NCBI GenBank assembly: GCA_965263035.1 | Contig: OZ253580.1 | Coordinates: 5,408,001 to 5,472,000, forward strand | Direction: 5' to 3' | From: Acidobacteriota bacterium | GTDB lineage: Bacteria > Acidobacteriota > UBA6911 > RPQK01 > JAJDTT01 | Length of the DNA: 64,000 bases | Shown: piece after piece, positions 10,301 through 18,329 of the stretch | Position numbering within the stretch: position 1 is the first letter of the stretch | Layout: the number at the start of each line of letters is the position of its first letter | Translations under genes and position numbers: made by a program | The notes under the pieces: generated by a model | Database searches by the model: none | What the model was told of the DNA's origin: nothing | The model's input: the letters and a program-made list of their open reading frames with translations, nothing else

Positions 10301-10916
10301 CTGGGATGAGCCCGCCGCTCCCTTCGCCCACGGGTTGATCGATATTTTTCTGGCCATGCCGCCATCAGCCCTGCAGCGATTCGACCCGGATGCGATGTGG
10401 GCCGCGATCCATCTTCACGATGACGACCCAAGCCGAGCCCGGGAAGACTTCCAGACCTCGTGGAACGGCGTGCTTCGTCTCTTCAACCTGCTGCAATTCC
10501 TGCCGTTGGCCTGGTGGACGACACGGCGGGGAACGGAAGCGAACCTCTACCACGAGCTCCCCATCAAGTCACACCCATGGCTGGCCTCCCTTTCCCACCA
10601 AGCAGACGGCCCGGAGACCGCGAGTGCCTGGGCCGACGCGCTTAGGTTCGCCGCCAGTGAACTTGAGGCTGATCTGCTGCGGCTCCGAGAACGGGACCTT
10701 CCTCCACCTGAAGCTGGCTTTGAACTCACGGGGCCGAGGGGCCGGGTCCTGGCAGAGGCCGAACTGGGTTGGGAAGACCATCGGGTTGCCGTCTTGATGA
10801 CAGACCGGAGCGCGGACCGCTTTACCTTCGAATCGCGCGGTTGGCGCGTTCTCCTCGCTCACGCCGACGACCTCACGAAATCGGTTGCCCCCCTCCTCAC
10901 CGGAGGCCCATCATGA
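4395..10916 (+). CDS. YprA/MrfA-like SF2 DEAD/DEAH helicase with Zn-finger inserts, DUF1998 domain and C-terminal PD-(D/E)xK-like nuclease (2173 aa)
   Basis: PYHHQ, ATGTGSGKTE, YPMNALAMDQ, VVDELH, TSAT, SATPTLELGIDIG, QRAGRAGR; several CxxC pairs; LYDTVPGGTGY...CPC...GCHRC (DUF1998); RPDFLI...VFMDGFEYH. Confidence 0.9.
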   Translation: MIPSVVAAEAAHALRDFLVTGFTPSNPELASVIDDFLAEPANLTRGPYLSLALPFRKAPGDEPFPQVPLEFPPYHHQRVAMDRLASASGKSTVVATGTGSGKTECYMLPILDHCREQAGKPGIKAIIIYPMNALAMDQATRIARAIHRNSALHRRITAGMYVGGREETPRKRMAAEHIITDRETLRRNPPDILLTNYKMLDYLMIRPGDQRLWRHNEPGTLRYLVVDELHTYDGAQGTDLACLIRRLRARLQVPSDGLVCVGTSATIGTGDDAPVRDYTSRVFNQEFEPGSVVGETRQADEEFLSGALITGYLLPTDGLAEILDPRRHATSASYSRAAHEAFINEPPAGDPDADDWKVALSDRLREHTAFRNLLQVLSGEPKPLPEVAATLRRTLPVESDEEAAAVLNALCALISAARLRDDNGDLRPFLDVGVHLWVRELGRMVCSVSEGGVSESAAAGPVRRLRHSDELQAPSADDRSTARSVHLPLIQCRECRVTGWAAVKRANEPCVEPDLRVFYNMFFRRDVDVRFLFPGDKPTIRSAQHMLCGRCGGLSMDGKESGAGDAPACVRCGSSRVVWLHVPDAVKTRRRNGREVAELSRDCPYCRASEGLIIFGARAASLISVLCSQTFASHHNDDPKALVFSDNVQNAAHRAGFVAARSRQTHTRAAITHAAAAHDGISLKRLPGVVAQHWRERAVEPEDFVGEHIADDCRWMRDVAHLEREGNLPSGSNLAKLVGRRMEWETLREFTFGSGIGRTLERTGAAAVALDRERVQKAYRTAHTRIREEVGGLRDMGEDAVRALVLGVLRHMKDRGAVKHALMKAYLDGGGNPWVWHRDPALPRFGLRSLIPVFPVCPDTSGSRSFTRSRSRSHEGVEEVAGAGGRRSWYRGWCESVLAGESALGPAESGHVLRLVFAALQHSGLVNKVAAKSQWVWALEPGRLSVTTDATFLQLDGPGRPLSVAAADADLWAGVPRLDAPVTSSRYRRPDHSGSRYSDSPTWFGRLYRDGQVRRIVAAEHTALVEREDRERLQRIFAKPNRVRRPWEPNLVSATPTLELGIDIGDLSTVTLCSVPPRTASYRQRAGRAGRRDGNALILTVANAEPHDLYFYADPLEMLAGGIEPPGIFLDAVAVLERQMTAYCFDNWVASGVPEDAVPQKIGTVLTNVEKERHEGFPYPFFAFVRNEEERLIKGFLDAFSEDLAQSSRAELRSFVRGDVDRKKPSLILKILDRLNEVIKERSSVAADIRSLGERIRKLKAQPEDEATRNEIDELENVRKGLRAVHGKINGRDTFNFLTDEGLVPNYAFPEAGVKLRSVILERKADRGEKGGTGTRAITHEYERPAAMALGEFAPENRFYARAHQVEISRVDTRVSELERWRMCPSCVYAENVDAGDHHTACPRCGNVQWQDSGQLRDLLKLRLVHAVADARTSRIDDQKDDREHLFYTRNLIADFDPADVQHAYAIRNADAAFGFEHIASATFREVNFGRMGQPTQSVRVAGMQLPREGFRICRRCGMVNPGPGSEPKHMPTCPARRAGRDAIVDCLYLYREFQSEAIRMLLPATVGPDAERCERSFVAALELGLRRRFGGEIAHLRAMTCAYPVEGSDQPQKYVLLYDTVPGGTGYLKDRMTAPERLLSVFEAALAAIEECPCNQDPERDGCHRCVLGHRRSRDMQDTSRETARQLLRNILDARDHLEQVEGLRKVRVVVQTDSILEDRFIEALRRVAVADGRQPSLRYDLVDGKPGYVLGVGSGDAGGQVWYVVPQVDVGLADGVLHPSRPDFLIRPAKASAVHPPVAVFMDGFEYHRDRVDDDSVKRMALVRAGFVVWSATWDDVKVVLGEAKPPDDMIPGRDPQPPMDQVQRGLEAQWQISELRSALGEPSLKLLGRYLAEPNPELWRRAVFTQLVGEFDQATMTSADFAQRFAAGAKAILPEGATDFLHYNPSDAPAHEAHVFAGREKWRASGWDEPAAPFAHGLIDIFLAMPPSALQRFDPDAMWAAIHLHDDDPSRAREDFQTSWNGVLRLFNLLQFLPLAWWTTRRGTEANLYHELPIKSHPWLASLSHQADGPETASAWADALRFAASELEADLLRLRERDLPPPEAGFELTGPRGRVLAEAELGWEDHRVAVLMTDRSADRFTFESRGWRVLLAHADDLTKSVAPLLTGGPS

Positions 10917-13042
10917 CCCCACGTGCCCGGCTGGCCATTTCCAGCGACTTCCTGGAGGCCTACGCGTTCCTTCCCAAGCCCCAACAGCGCAAGGTCCGTA
11001 CCCTGATCACGCAGTTTACGGCCGATCCGACGTCTCCCGGTCTGAACTACGAGCGCGTTCAGGCGGCGGACAGCTTGCGTTCGCTCCGAATCGACAGGTC
11101 CTACCGGGCGATCGTGCTCAAGCCGAAACGCGGCAGCGTCCATCTGATGCTGTGGGCGGACAAGCACGACGAGGCCTATGACTGGGCGCGTCGGCATCAC
11201 TGCCGTGTCAACCCAGATACCGGTGCCCTGCAAGTCTACGAGCCGCAAGAGCCCTCCGAAGCAGTCCATAAGGCAGCCAGTCCGGCGGACATCCCATCAC
11301 AGCCCGGGCCGTTTGCCGCCTTGCGGGACCGCCAGCTACGTCGGCTCGGTGTTCCCGAAGCAATGCTCCCCGAGATCCGAGTGCTCGATGGGGAACCAGC
11401 GCTCGACGCCATCCAGAAGCGCCTTCCCGTGGAAGCCTACGAATCCCTCTTTCTCTACCTGGCCGGAGACAGCTACGAGGAGTTGATCCGCAACCGCGAA
11501 GCCCCCGACGACAAGGTGGACACCGACGACATCGCCAAGGCCCTGGAGCGAATGGAATCGAGGGGACGGTTCGTTGTCGTGGACAACGAAATGGAACTCG
11601 AGGAGGTGCTAAGCGCCCCGTTGGAGAAGTGGCGAGTGTTCCTGCATCCGTCGCAGCGTCGCTTGGTCGAAAGACCATGGAACGGTCCGGTGCGCGTCCT
11701 TGGTGGCGCCGGAACAGGAAAGACCGTGGTGGCCATGCACCGCGCCCGCTGGCTTGCCCGCAACTTGCCCGAAGGCGAACGCATTCTCTTTGTGACCTTC
11801 ACACGGAACCTCGCAGCGGACATTGAGAACAATCTGCGCTCCATCTGTTCGCCGCAGGAGATGAGGCGCATAGATGTGACCAACCTTGATCGCTGGGTGT
11901 ACGGCTTCCTGCGGCGGCGAAGCTACGACTTCCGCATCGTCTACTCCCGTGGGCAGGCGCAGTGGAACAAGGTTTGGCAGCAGGCACTTGCGCTCAAGGA
12001 CCCCGGTCTCAACCTGCCCGACGCCTTCTACTCAGACGAACTTGACCAGATTGTCCTGGCCCACGGGATCACCATCGAAGCTGAGTACCTTCGCGTTCCG
12101 CGCGCCGGACGTGGCACGCCGCTGCGCCGCGCACAGAGGGCCCGGGTGTGGCCGGTCTTTGAAGAGTACCGCCTGAACCTGTCGCTCCAAGGCGGCAAGG
12201 AGATGGACGACGCCTACCGCGCAGCCGCCTCACTGCTGGCGGACGACCGGGGTAGCCTGGCCTACACTGCGGCCATCGTTGACGAGGCGCAGGACATGGG
12301 CGCACAGGCTTACCGGCTGATGCGTGCCCTCGTGCCCGAAGGGCCTAACGACCTCTTCGTCGTCGGCGACGGGCACCAGCGGATCTACGGCCGCAGCCGC
12401 GTCGTCTTGGGGCAGTGCGGTATTCGTATCGTGGGACGCTCATACAAGCTCAGGATCAACTACCGCACCACGGAGGAAACTCGTTCCTGGGCGGTACGTC
12501 TCCTCGACGGGCGGGAGATAGACGATCTGGATGGTGGCCTGGACGACCACAAGGGCTTCAAGTCTCTTACGCATGGGCCCTCGCCCCAAGTCATCGTATT
12601 CGACTCGGCTGAGCAGCAAGCTGAATTCATCGTCCGGTGGCTGGGCGACTTGGCCGGACGTGGCGAGCGCCTGCGGAGCACGTGCATCGTGGCGCGGACC
12701 CGGGCGGAGCGAGATTCCGTAAGGCAAGCGATCGAGGAAGCAGGTCTGCCCGGCGTCGTCCTCGAACAGGACCTTCCCGACGATGCCGGCGATGACGCCG
12801 TGCGCCTGGCGACCATGCACCGGGTCAAGGGACTGGAATTCGACCGCGTCATCATGGCCAGTTTGAACGAAGGCCTCGTTCCGCTGCCCAGAGCCATCAA
12901 GGGGCACGCCGATGACAACGCCCGCGAGTGGGCGGAGACTGAAGAGCGGGCGCTGGTGTACGTCGCGGCGACGCGAGCTCGGAAGGAGCTACTCGCGCTC
13001 GGGCACGGCGTGGCGAGCTCTTTCGTGAGCGGGCATGGATAG
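10913..13042 (+). CDS. UvrD-like SF1 helicase with N-terminal RelE/ParE-like domain (709 aa)
   Basis: GGAGTGKT, IVDEAQD, GDGHQRIY, INYRTT, TMHRVKGLEF, YVAATRAR. N-terminal SSDFLEAY..SLRIDRSYRAIV. ATGA overlap with the upstream helicase. Confidence 0.9.
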   Translation: MTPRARLAISSDFLEAYAFLPKPQQRKVRTLITQFTADPTSPGLNYERVQAADSLRSLRIDRSYRAIVLKPKRGSVHLMLWADKHDEAYDWARRHHCRVNPDTGALQVYEPQEPSEAVHKAASPADIPSQPGPFAALRDRQLRRLGVPEAMLPEIRVLDGEPALDAIQKRLPVEAYESLFLYLAGDSYEELIRNREAPDDKVDTDDIAKALERMESRGRFVVVDNEMELEEVLSAPLEKWRVFLHPSQRRLVERPWNGPVRVLGGAGTGKTVVAMHRARWLARNLPEGERILFVTFTRNLAADIENNLRSICSPQEMRRIDVTNLDRWVYGFLRRRSYDFRIVYSRGQAQWNKVWQQALALKDPGLNLPDAFYSDELDQIVLAHGITIEAEYLRVPRAGRGTPLRRAQRARVWPVFEEYRLNLSLQGGKEMDDAYRAAASLLADDRGSLAYTAAIVDEAQDMGAQAYRLMRALVPEGPNDLFVVGDGHQRIYGRSRVVLGQCGIRIVGRSYKLRINYRTTEETRSWAVRLLDGREIDDLDGGLDDHKGFKSLTHGPSPQVIVFDSAEQQAEFIVRWLGDLAGRGERLRSTCIVARTRAERDSVRQAIEEAGLPGVVLEQDLPDDAGDDAVRLATMHRVKGLEFDRVIMASLNEGLVPLPRAIKGHADDNAREWAETEERALVYVAATRARKELLALGHGVASSFVSGHG

Positions 13043-13121
13043 ACCGCAAGACACGGGCACCGGCAATGATTTCTGGCAACAAAGTGCCCGGTGTACCTGA
13101 ACACAGACCCGGGCACGCGCT

Positions 13122-13150
13122 TGACCTGCCCCGTTTTCACGGACGATTAG
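13122..13150. mobile_element. Orphan IS3-like terminal inverted repeat
   Basis: TGACCTGCCCCGTTTTCACGGACG resembles the IS3 end at 2148. No partner end or IS3 transposase is adjacent. Confidence 0.55.
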
Positions 13151-13182
13151 TTCTTGGGGTTGATGGTGTCTGATTTGGTTTC

Positions 13183-13600
13183 CTCTCGACGATCCCACGC
13201 CGCTTATACCTGCGGAGGCGGTGCCCGTCCTGCGTCTTCGGGCGCCTCCGGTTCCTCCGGTGGGGCGCGACCATCTCGACGCCTCGCTTCTTGACCTCCG
13301 CGTCCAGAGGATCGCTGTCGTACGCCTTGTCGCCGACCAGGTTCTCCGGGAGATCGTCAATGAGCACCAGATCGAGTCTCAGCTGGACGAGCTTGGCTTC
13401 ACGCCGTCGGGCCGAGTGGGTGCCGATGGACAGCGGAAGACCGCAACGGTCCAAGATCGCCATGATCTTCACATCTTTTCCGGCCTTCGTGAGCCCCACA
13501 CCCGCGCCTCCGCCCTTCGCACGTGCGAACGAAGGCGTCAATGAACGCCTCCGACCCGTCGAGCACCCGAACCTCTTGGAGTTTCCGAAGCGAAATCCTG
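13183..13600 (-). pseudogene. IS5-family transposase remnant (frameshifted, truncated at both ends)
   Basis: EAFIDA|SFARAKGGGAGVGLTKAGKDVKIMAI..LVGDKAYDSDPL..RYKRRGIVER, with a frameshift after IDA. Confidence 0.85.
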
Positions 13601-13650
13601 CAAAACGTCCGCCAGCACCCCGTTGCGGCAGCATCTGCAACTGGGCCCTA

Positions 13651-14869
13651 GTACTCCGTAACACTTAAAGTTGTGGATACAGGCTCTTCAGCTTGATCCG
13701 TGCATCCTCCGTCTTGAACTGCCAGTCGATCTCGGTTTGCCGTTGGTTCCGATCCGCAACCCAAGCCCCGATCTCACGTTGCATCCCGGCCAGGCTTGGA
13801 ATCCGGCGGTCCAGGCATTGTCCGCACAGCGCGCTCAATTCGATTTCTGCAATGTTGAGCCAACTGCCGTGCTTAGGCGTGTAGTGGATTTCCAGTCGTT
13901 GTGCCAGTTGGCGAGCGTGTCGAGGCTCGTAGGTCGCGTACAGCGATTCGATTCCGTGCGGGTTCAGGTTGTCCAAGACCAGGACCACCCGCTCGGCCTC
14001 CGGGTATCGCCTCTCCAACATGCCCTCGATCCACCGGGCCCAATCCTGTCGCGTGCGCCGCTCGGTCGCCTCCACATGGCAGCGGCCGGTCAGTGGCTCC
14101 ACCTCCAGGAAGATCTGCGCGACCCCGTTGCGCACATACTCATGCTCGACTCGCTCCGGCTGGCCGGGCGCGACCGGCAAAGGCTCCCGCACTTCTCCGA
14201 TCAACTGCTTGTTGGTCTCGTCCATGCAGACCACCGGACGACGGGGGTCGTACGGACGGGCATAGACTTCTAAAACGTCCTCCATGCAGGCTACGAATGC
14301 GGCGCTGCCCCGGGGCGGGATCCGCCAATACTTCTTCCGATGAGGCTGCAGTTGGTTTTTTTTAGCGTCCGCTGCACCGTCATCACCGACACCCGCTCGA
14401 CCCAGCCCAGTTCCACTACTTTCTCCGCCAGCAGGCGCAGGGTCCAGCGCTTCCGTCCTGGCGGGGCCGGGGAGCAGGCCAAGGCGACCAAGCGAGCCTC
14501 GAACGCGCCGTCGAAGATCACTTTCCGCGGCGGCTGCACCCGCCGCTTGCGCTCCAAGGCGAACTCCAAACCCTGCTCCACAAACCGCCGTTTCAAGTGC
14601 TCGATCGTGCGGGCCGAGACGCCCAGCGCCTCGGCCACCCGGGCCACGGTCCATCCCGGCCCTTCCGGCCCGCGGTCGCACAACAACAGCGCCCGCGCGT
14701 ACAGGAACCGCTTGCCGGTGGTCTTGGTCGCGGCCCGGGTCAAGGCCTTCAATTCTGAGCGCTCTTCCACAGTGAGCGTGACACGATAGCGTGGTGCCAT
14801 GAGAACTCCTCCTTCCGAGTCCTCCAGCCTCCCACCATAGTATACGAACAATTACATGTTATTGGGTGC
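13651..14869 (-). mobile_element. IS630-family insertion sequence with TA target duplication
   Basis: Imperfect IRs GTACTCCGTAACACTTAAAGTT and GCACCCAATAACATGTAATTGTT (reverse complement). TA at 13649-13650 and 14870-14871. Confidence 0.85.
13665..14800 (-). CDS. IS630 transposase, two frames joined by a -1 frameshift at an A8 run
   Basis: MAPRYRVTL...HTH...RTLKK | NQLQPHRKKYWRIPP; T8 at 14356-14363; DDE motifs CMDET, VLDNL, NIAEIE. Confidence 0.9.
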
Positions 14870-15978
14870 TAGTCTTCAGTACCCACAGGACGGACCCTCT
14901 GCGCGGAGCTAGACCCGCCTATCCCGATTGTCTCCAACATTTCCGCATGAATCGTCCGCCAATCCTGGTTGAGGTCGAGTGTTCGGGCCTGAACGCGGAA
15001 GCTCTCAAGCCGGATGTCGGCCCTTAGCGGCTCGTCGCCCACCTGCGGGTATAGCAGGATGCCGTCGTGCTTCGCACCGTCTGGCCTGGTCGCCTGGCGG
15101 TTCCGCAGATACGCGAGGAGCTGGTAGAGGTTGCCGGAGTGCAGCTTTCCAGTACCGGAGCCGTGTCTGCGGGCCAGTGCGTCCGCGTAGTATTTCGTGT
15201 CCAGGATGATGCGGCGGTCGGGCGATTCGAGGATCACATCTGCGATCATTAGGGGGATCCTCCCCCGGTCCTCGTCCGTCGCCCAGCCCTTGTCCGCCCA
15301 CTTGACGTTGCGGCCCCCCGGATTGACGCGAAACACGCGTTGCTCGCGCTGGTAAAATCCGGTGACGAATTCCTCGAAGAGCGCCCACATGGTGGCCTCT
15401 TCCTGCCGAAAGTCGCGGAAGGTAGTGCGGCCGGTTTTCTCGTCGACCACGGAGCTCTCGTACAGGAGCCTGCATACCGAGAGCAGGAACTGGTAGAGCC
15501 TCCGGTTGCCCCCGAGCTGGACCTGGCCAAAGGTGTTCCTCTTCAGGCGGGTGCATGATACGCCGTCGAGCCTCCTGTACGCGGAGCGCACGTCGCCACG
15601 GACATGGCCATCCAAGGTGACTCGTCGGCCCAGCAGCCCGCTCAGCGAGGTGCGCAGGATGCGGTTCGGCAGGATGTCGACCGATAGCTCCTCGAAATCG
15701 CACGCTGCCCGGCCTCGGGCCCGGAGAGCACGCTTCGCTGTGTCGCTGACCGCCAGCTTCCCGCGAATGCCGGCAAGGTCCTCCTGTCTTTCCACGTACC
15801 CGCGGTCGATGCCGCGGCGGAAGAGGTGGTTGACGCCGCCGGCGAGCACCTTGCCCAGCAGGTCCTGTACTGTCGAGAGTCCGCCCAGTGTGGCCAGCCG
15901 CCTGGTGTCCCGCTCCTGAACCCGTCCCCAGGCGTAGCAGAGGAGGTAGTAGACGTTGAGGATAGGGATGTTCTTCAA
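14869..15978 (-). CDS. mcrC: McrC-family restriction nuclease subunit
   Basis: IPILNVYYLLCYAW, ALFEEFV, ADVIL..ILDTKYY, LYQLLAYL, GILLYP; directly downstream of mcrB. Confidence 0.9.
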   Translation of the reverse strand: MKNIPILNVYYLLCYAWGRVQERDTRRLATLGGLSTVQDLLGKVLAGGVNHLFRRGIDRGYVERQEDLAGIRGKLAVSDTAKRALRARGRAACDFEELSVDILPNRILRTSLSGLLGRRVTLDGHVRGDVRSAYRRLDGVSCTRLKRNTFGQVQLGGNRRLYQFLLSVCRLLYESSVVDEKTGRTTFRDFRQEEATMWALFEEFVTGFYQREQRVFRVNPGGRNVKWADKGWATDEDRGRIPLMIADVILESPDRRIILDTKYYADALARRHGSGTGKLHSGNLYQLLAYLRNRQATRPDGAKHDGILLYPQVGDEPLRADIRLESFRVQARTLDLNQDWRTIHAEMLETIGIGGSSSAQRVRPVGTED

Positions 15979-15980
15979 GG

Positions 15981-17489
15981 TCAGGCGTCGGCCGTGAGTC
16001 TAGCCACTTCCTTCTGGGTGTCTTCCGGGGAATCGAACCAATACTCGCGAAGAAGCGGCGCGATCTGGGTGTCCACGATGTGCTTGTACCAGTCCTCCGA
16101 AGGCGTGTCGCCGTCGCCGGGAACGAAGTAGCTGTGACCGATCTGGAAGCCCCGGCCGAGTTCCTTGTCGTTGCTGATCGTCTCGTTGAGTTTGTCCATC
16201 CGGTGGGAGATGCGGCGGGCCAGATCTTGGTTGGTGCCTTTGTCCATGAGGTATTTCTCGAACGCCGCCCTGCCATAGTTCGTCCCGTAAGCCGGCTCCA
16301 GCGTCTCGAAGGCGAACCGCCGGCGCAGCGCGTAGTCGACCAGGGCCAGCGACCGGTCGGCGGTGTTCATCATGCCGAGGATGAAGACGTTCTCCGGGAC
16401 GTGGAACTGCTCATCGGAATAGATCAGCGCGACCGCGTAGTCCTCGCTGCGCTTGTCGGCTTCGATCAGCATGAGCAGTTCGCCGAAGATCCGTGAGAGG
16501 TTGCCGCGATTGATCTCGTCGATGATGAAGACGTGGGGCGTGTCGGAGTTGGCCCGCGCACGTTCGCAGAAGCGGTGGAAGACGCCATCCTTGAGTTCGA
16601 ATCCACCGGCGTCGGTGGGGCGGTAGCCTTGGACGAAGTCCTCGTAGGCGTAGGACTGGTGGAACTGGACCATCTCGATGGGCACGTTGTCCTTGCGGCC
16701 GATGAGGCACCAGGCGATTCGGCGGGCGATGAAGGTCTTCCCGGTGCCGGGCGGGCCTTGGAGGATGATGTTCTTGCGGGATTTGATAGAGGTGAGGAGG
16801 CGGGCGAAGTTGGGGCGAGGGATGAAAATGTTCTGATGGGCGTCTTCGATCGTGTAGGGATTCTCTACCGGCTCCTCCGAGCCCTTGCCACCATCCGAAC
16901 CCAAGTCCCGAGCACGCCACCAGAGGGCGTCCAGGGTCCAGAGGTCAATCCCAAGCTCCTTAGCGAGATCCAGAAGTAGTTCATTGACCTTGAAATATTG
17001 CTCGGAGAAGGGGGCGGATCGGGCGACATCCGGCCACAGACCGACTCTCTTGAGCGCGGCCTTCGACGTCTCGTTGAACACCCCATATTTCTCTGGGTTC
17101 CGAACAAAAAGAATTGGAGTGAAGGTCGCGGGTCCCAGACCCTTGATCCGTCCTTTCCCGGAAGGAGGGCGGAGCTCGTCAAGACGCTCACGCAACGGGC
17201 GCGACTCGTCCAGAAGAGTACGAAGGGCTTCGCGCAGGGCGTCCATATCCTTCGTGATAGTTCGCCCGTACCGGTGAATCCCGTCCCAGTGGCGATTGTT
17301 CTTGATCCAGAGGAAGCCCAGGAAGTCTTCCTTGGTCAAGTTTGGTAGGTTCTCATCCGAGAACACCCGCTGGTATTTCCGAAGGACTTCCTCTTTGGCC
17401 CCGACCATCGGCGAGAGTTCTTCGTCCTCTCCCGCCTTGATCCGGCCCAGGATTCCCCGAAGTTGTCCCAGAGCTTCTGCCTTGCTCAT
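15981..17489 (-). CDS. mcrB: McrB-family AAA+ GTPase with non-canonical N-terminal domain
   Basis: GPPGTGKT, VQFHQSYAYEDFVQG, IIDEINRG, MNTADRS, DYALRRRF, GHSYF, PLLREYW. Confidence 0.93.
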   Translation of the reverse strand: MSKAEALGQLRGILGRIKAGEDEELSPMVGAKEEVLRKYQRVFSDENLPNLTKEDFLGFLWIKNNRHWDGIHRYGRTITKDMDALREALRTLLDESRPLRERLDELRPPSGKGRIKGLGPATFTPILFVRNPEKYGVFNETSKAALKRVGLWPDVARSAPFSEQYFKVNELLLDLAKELGIDLWTLDALWWRARDLGSDGGKGSEEPVENPYTIEDAHQNIFIPRPNFARLLTSIKSRKNIILQGPPGTGKTFIARRIAWCLIGRKDNVPIEMVQFHQSYAYEDFVQGYRPTDAGGFELKDGVFHRFCERARANSDTPHVFIIDEINRGNLSRIFGELLMLIEADKRSEDYAVALIYSDEQFHVPENVFILGMMNTADRSLALVDYALRRRFAFETLEPAYGTNYGRAAFEKYLMDKGTNQDLARRISHRMDKLNETISNDKELGRGFQIGHSYFVPGDGDTPSEDWYKHIVDTQIAPLLREYWFDSPEDTQKEVARLTADA

Positions 17490-17852
17490 CGCCTCACCCT
17501 CTCAGACGGAATCGGGCGCCAATCACAAGCTGTTCGACGCGATAGAACTAGAGCGCCCGTTCTGGGCGAGCGGCCCAAAGATGGCGTCTGCCCGACGCCA
17601 TCTCAAGTGCGGTGTCGCCCGGGAATAACGTAACCAAGGAGAGAGGCACCGTATCCGCCGTCGCTGAAACACACTCTCAACCCTCCGACCTACTCAATGC
17701 CCGCACCTGCACATACTCTGCTCCGAAACGTGCCCACCAGCACCGCCGGGGGCTCGGTCGCGTGCGTGGCGATCCGGCGTCGGCCCGTCCGATCACAGCC
17801 ACGACGGGCGAAGACAATCCGTTCGACGGCGTTCTGACGCCGCCGCCGGCAA

Positions 17853-18329
17853 TCAGTGACCGGTCCGGCCCTGAAGGAGGTCCACCGCGTGGGGAAGCAG
17901 TTTGAGGACGGCTTCCAGAGATTCGACGGCGCCTTTGGGGCTGCCGGGGAGACAGAGGATCAGGGTCTGGCGGCGAGCGCCGGCCAGGGAGCGGGACAGG
18001 GCGGCAAAGGGAGTCTTTTTCAGGCCCTCCAGGCGCATGAGTTCGGCCAGGCCCGAGGCCTCTTTGGCCAGCAGGGGCCGCACTGCCTCCGGGGTGACGT
18101 CTCTGGGACCGAGTCCGGTTCCACCCGTCGTGACCAGGAGGTTGGTGTCGCCGGAGTCGCTGCAAGCGAGAACCTGTTCTTGAATATCGGTCATCTCATC
18201 CGGGACGATGCGGTTCGCCGTCACTTCCCATCCCGCCTGCCGGAGCTGTTTCGCCAGAGCCTGCCCGGAAAGATCGGGCCTCTGGCCGTGATAGCACCCG
18301 TCGCTGACGGTCAAAACGACGGCCTTCAT
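17853..18329 (-). CDS. mog: Molybdopterin adenylyltransferase, MogA/MoaB family
   Basis: [36 protein letters not shown]; ATGA overlap with moaE. Confidence 0.9.
   Translation of the reverse strand: MKAVVLTVSDGCYHGQRPDLSGQALAKQLRQAGWEVTANRIVPDEMTDIQEQVLACSDSGDTNLLVTTGGTGLGPRDVTPEAVRPLLAKEASGLAELMRLEGLKKTPFAALSRSLAGARRQTLILCLPGSPKGAVESLEAVLKLLPHAVDLLQGRTGH

Noticed and set aside
3-13042. Calling the module canonical BREX, DISARM or type I R-M
   Set aside because: No PglZ, BrxC, PLD (DrmC) or HsdS/HsdR genes in the window, and the architecture differs.
13084-13116. Hairpin GTGCCCGG...CCGGGCAC after uvrD as an intrinsic terminator
   Set aside because: Large loop and no U-tract, so support is insufficient.
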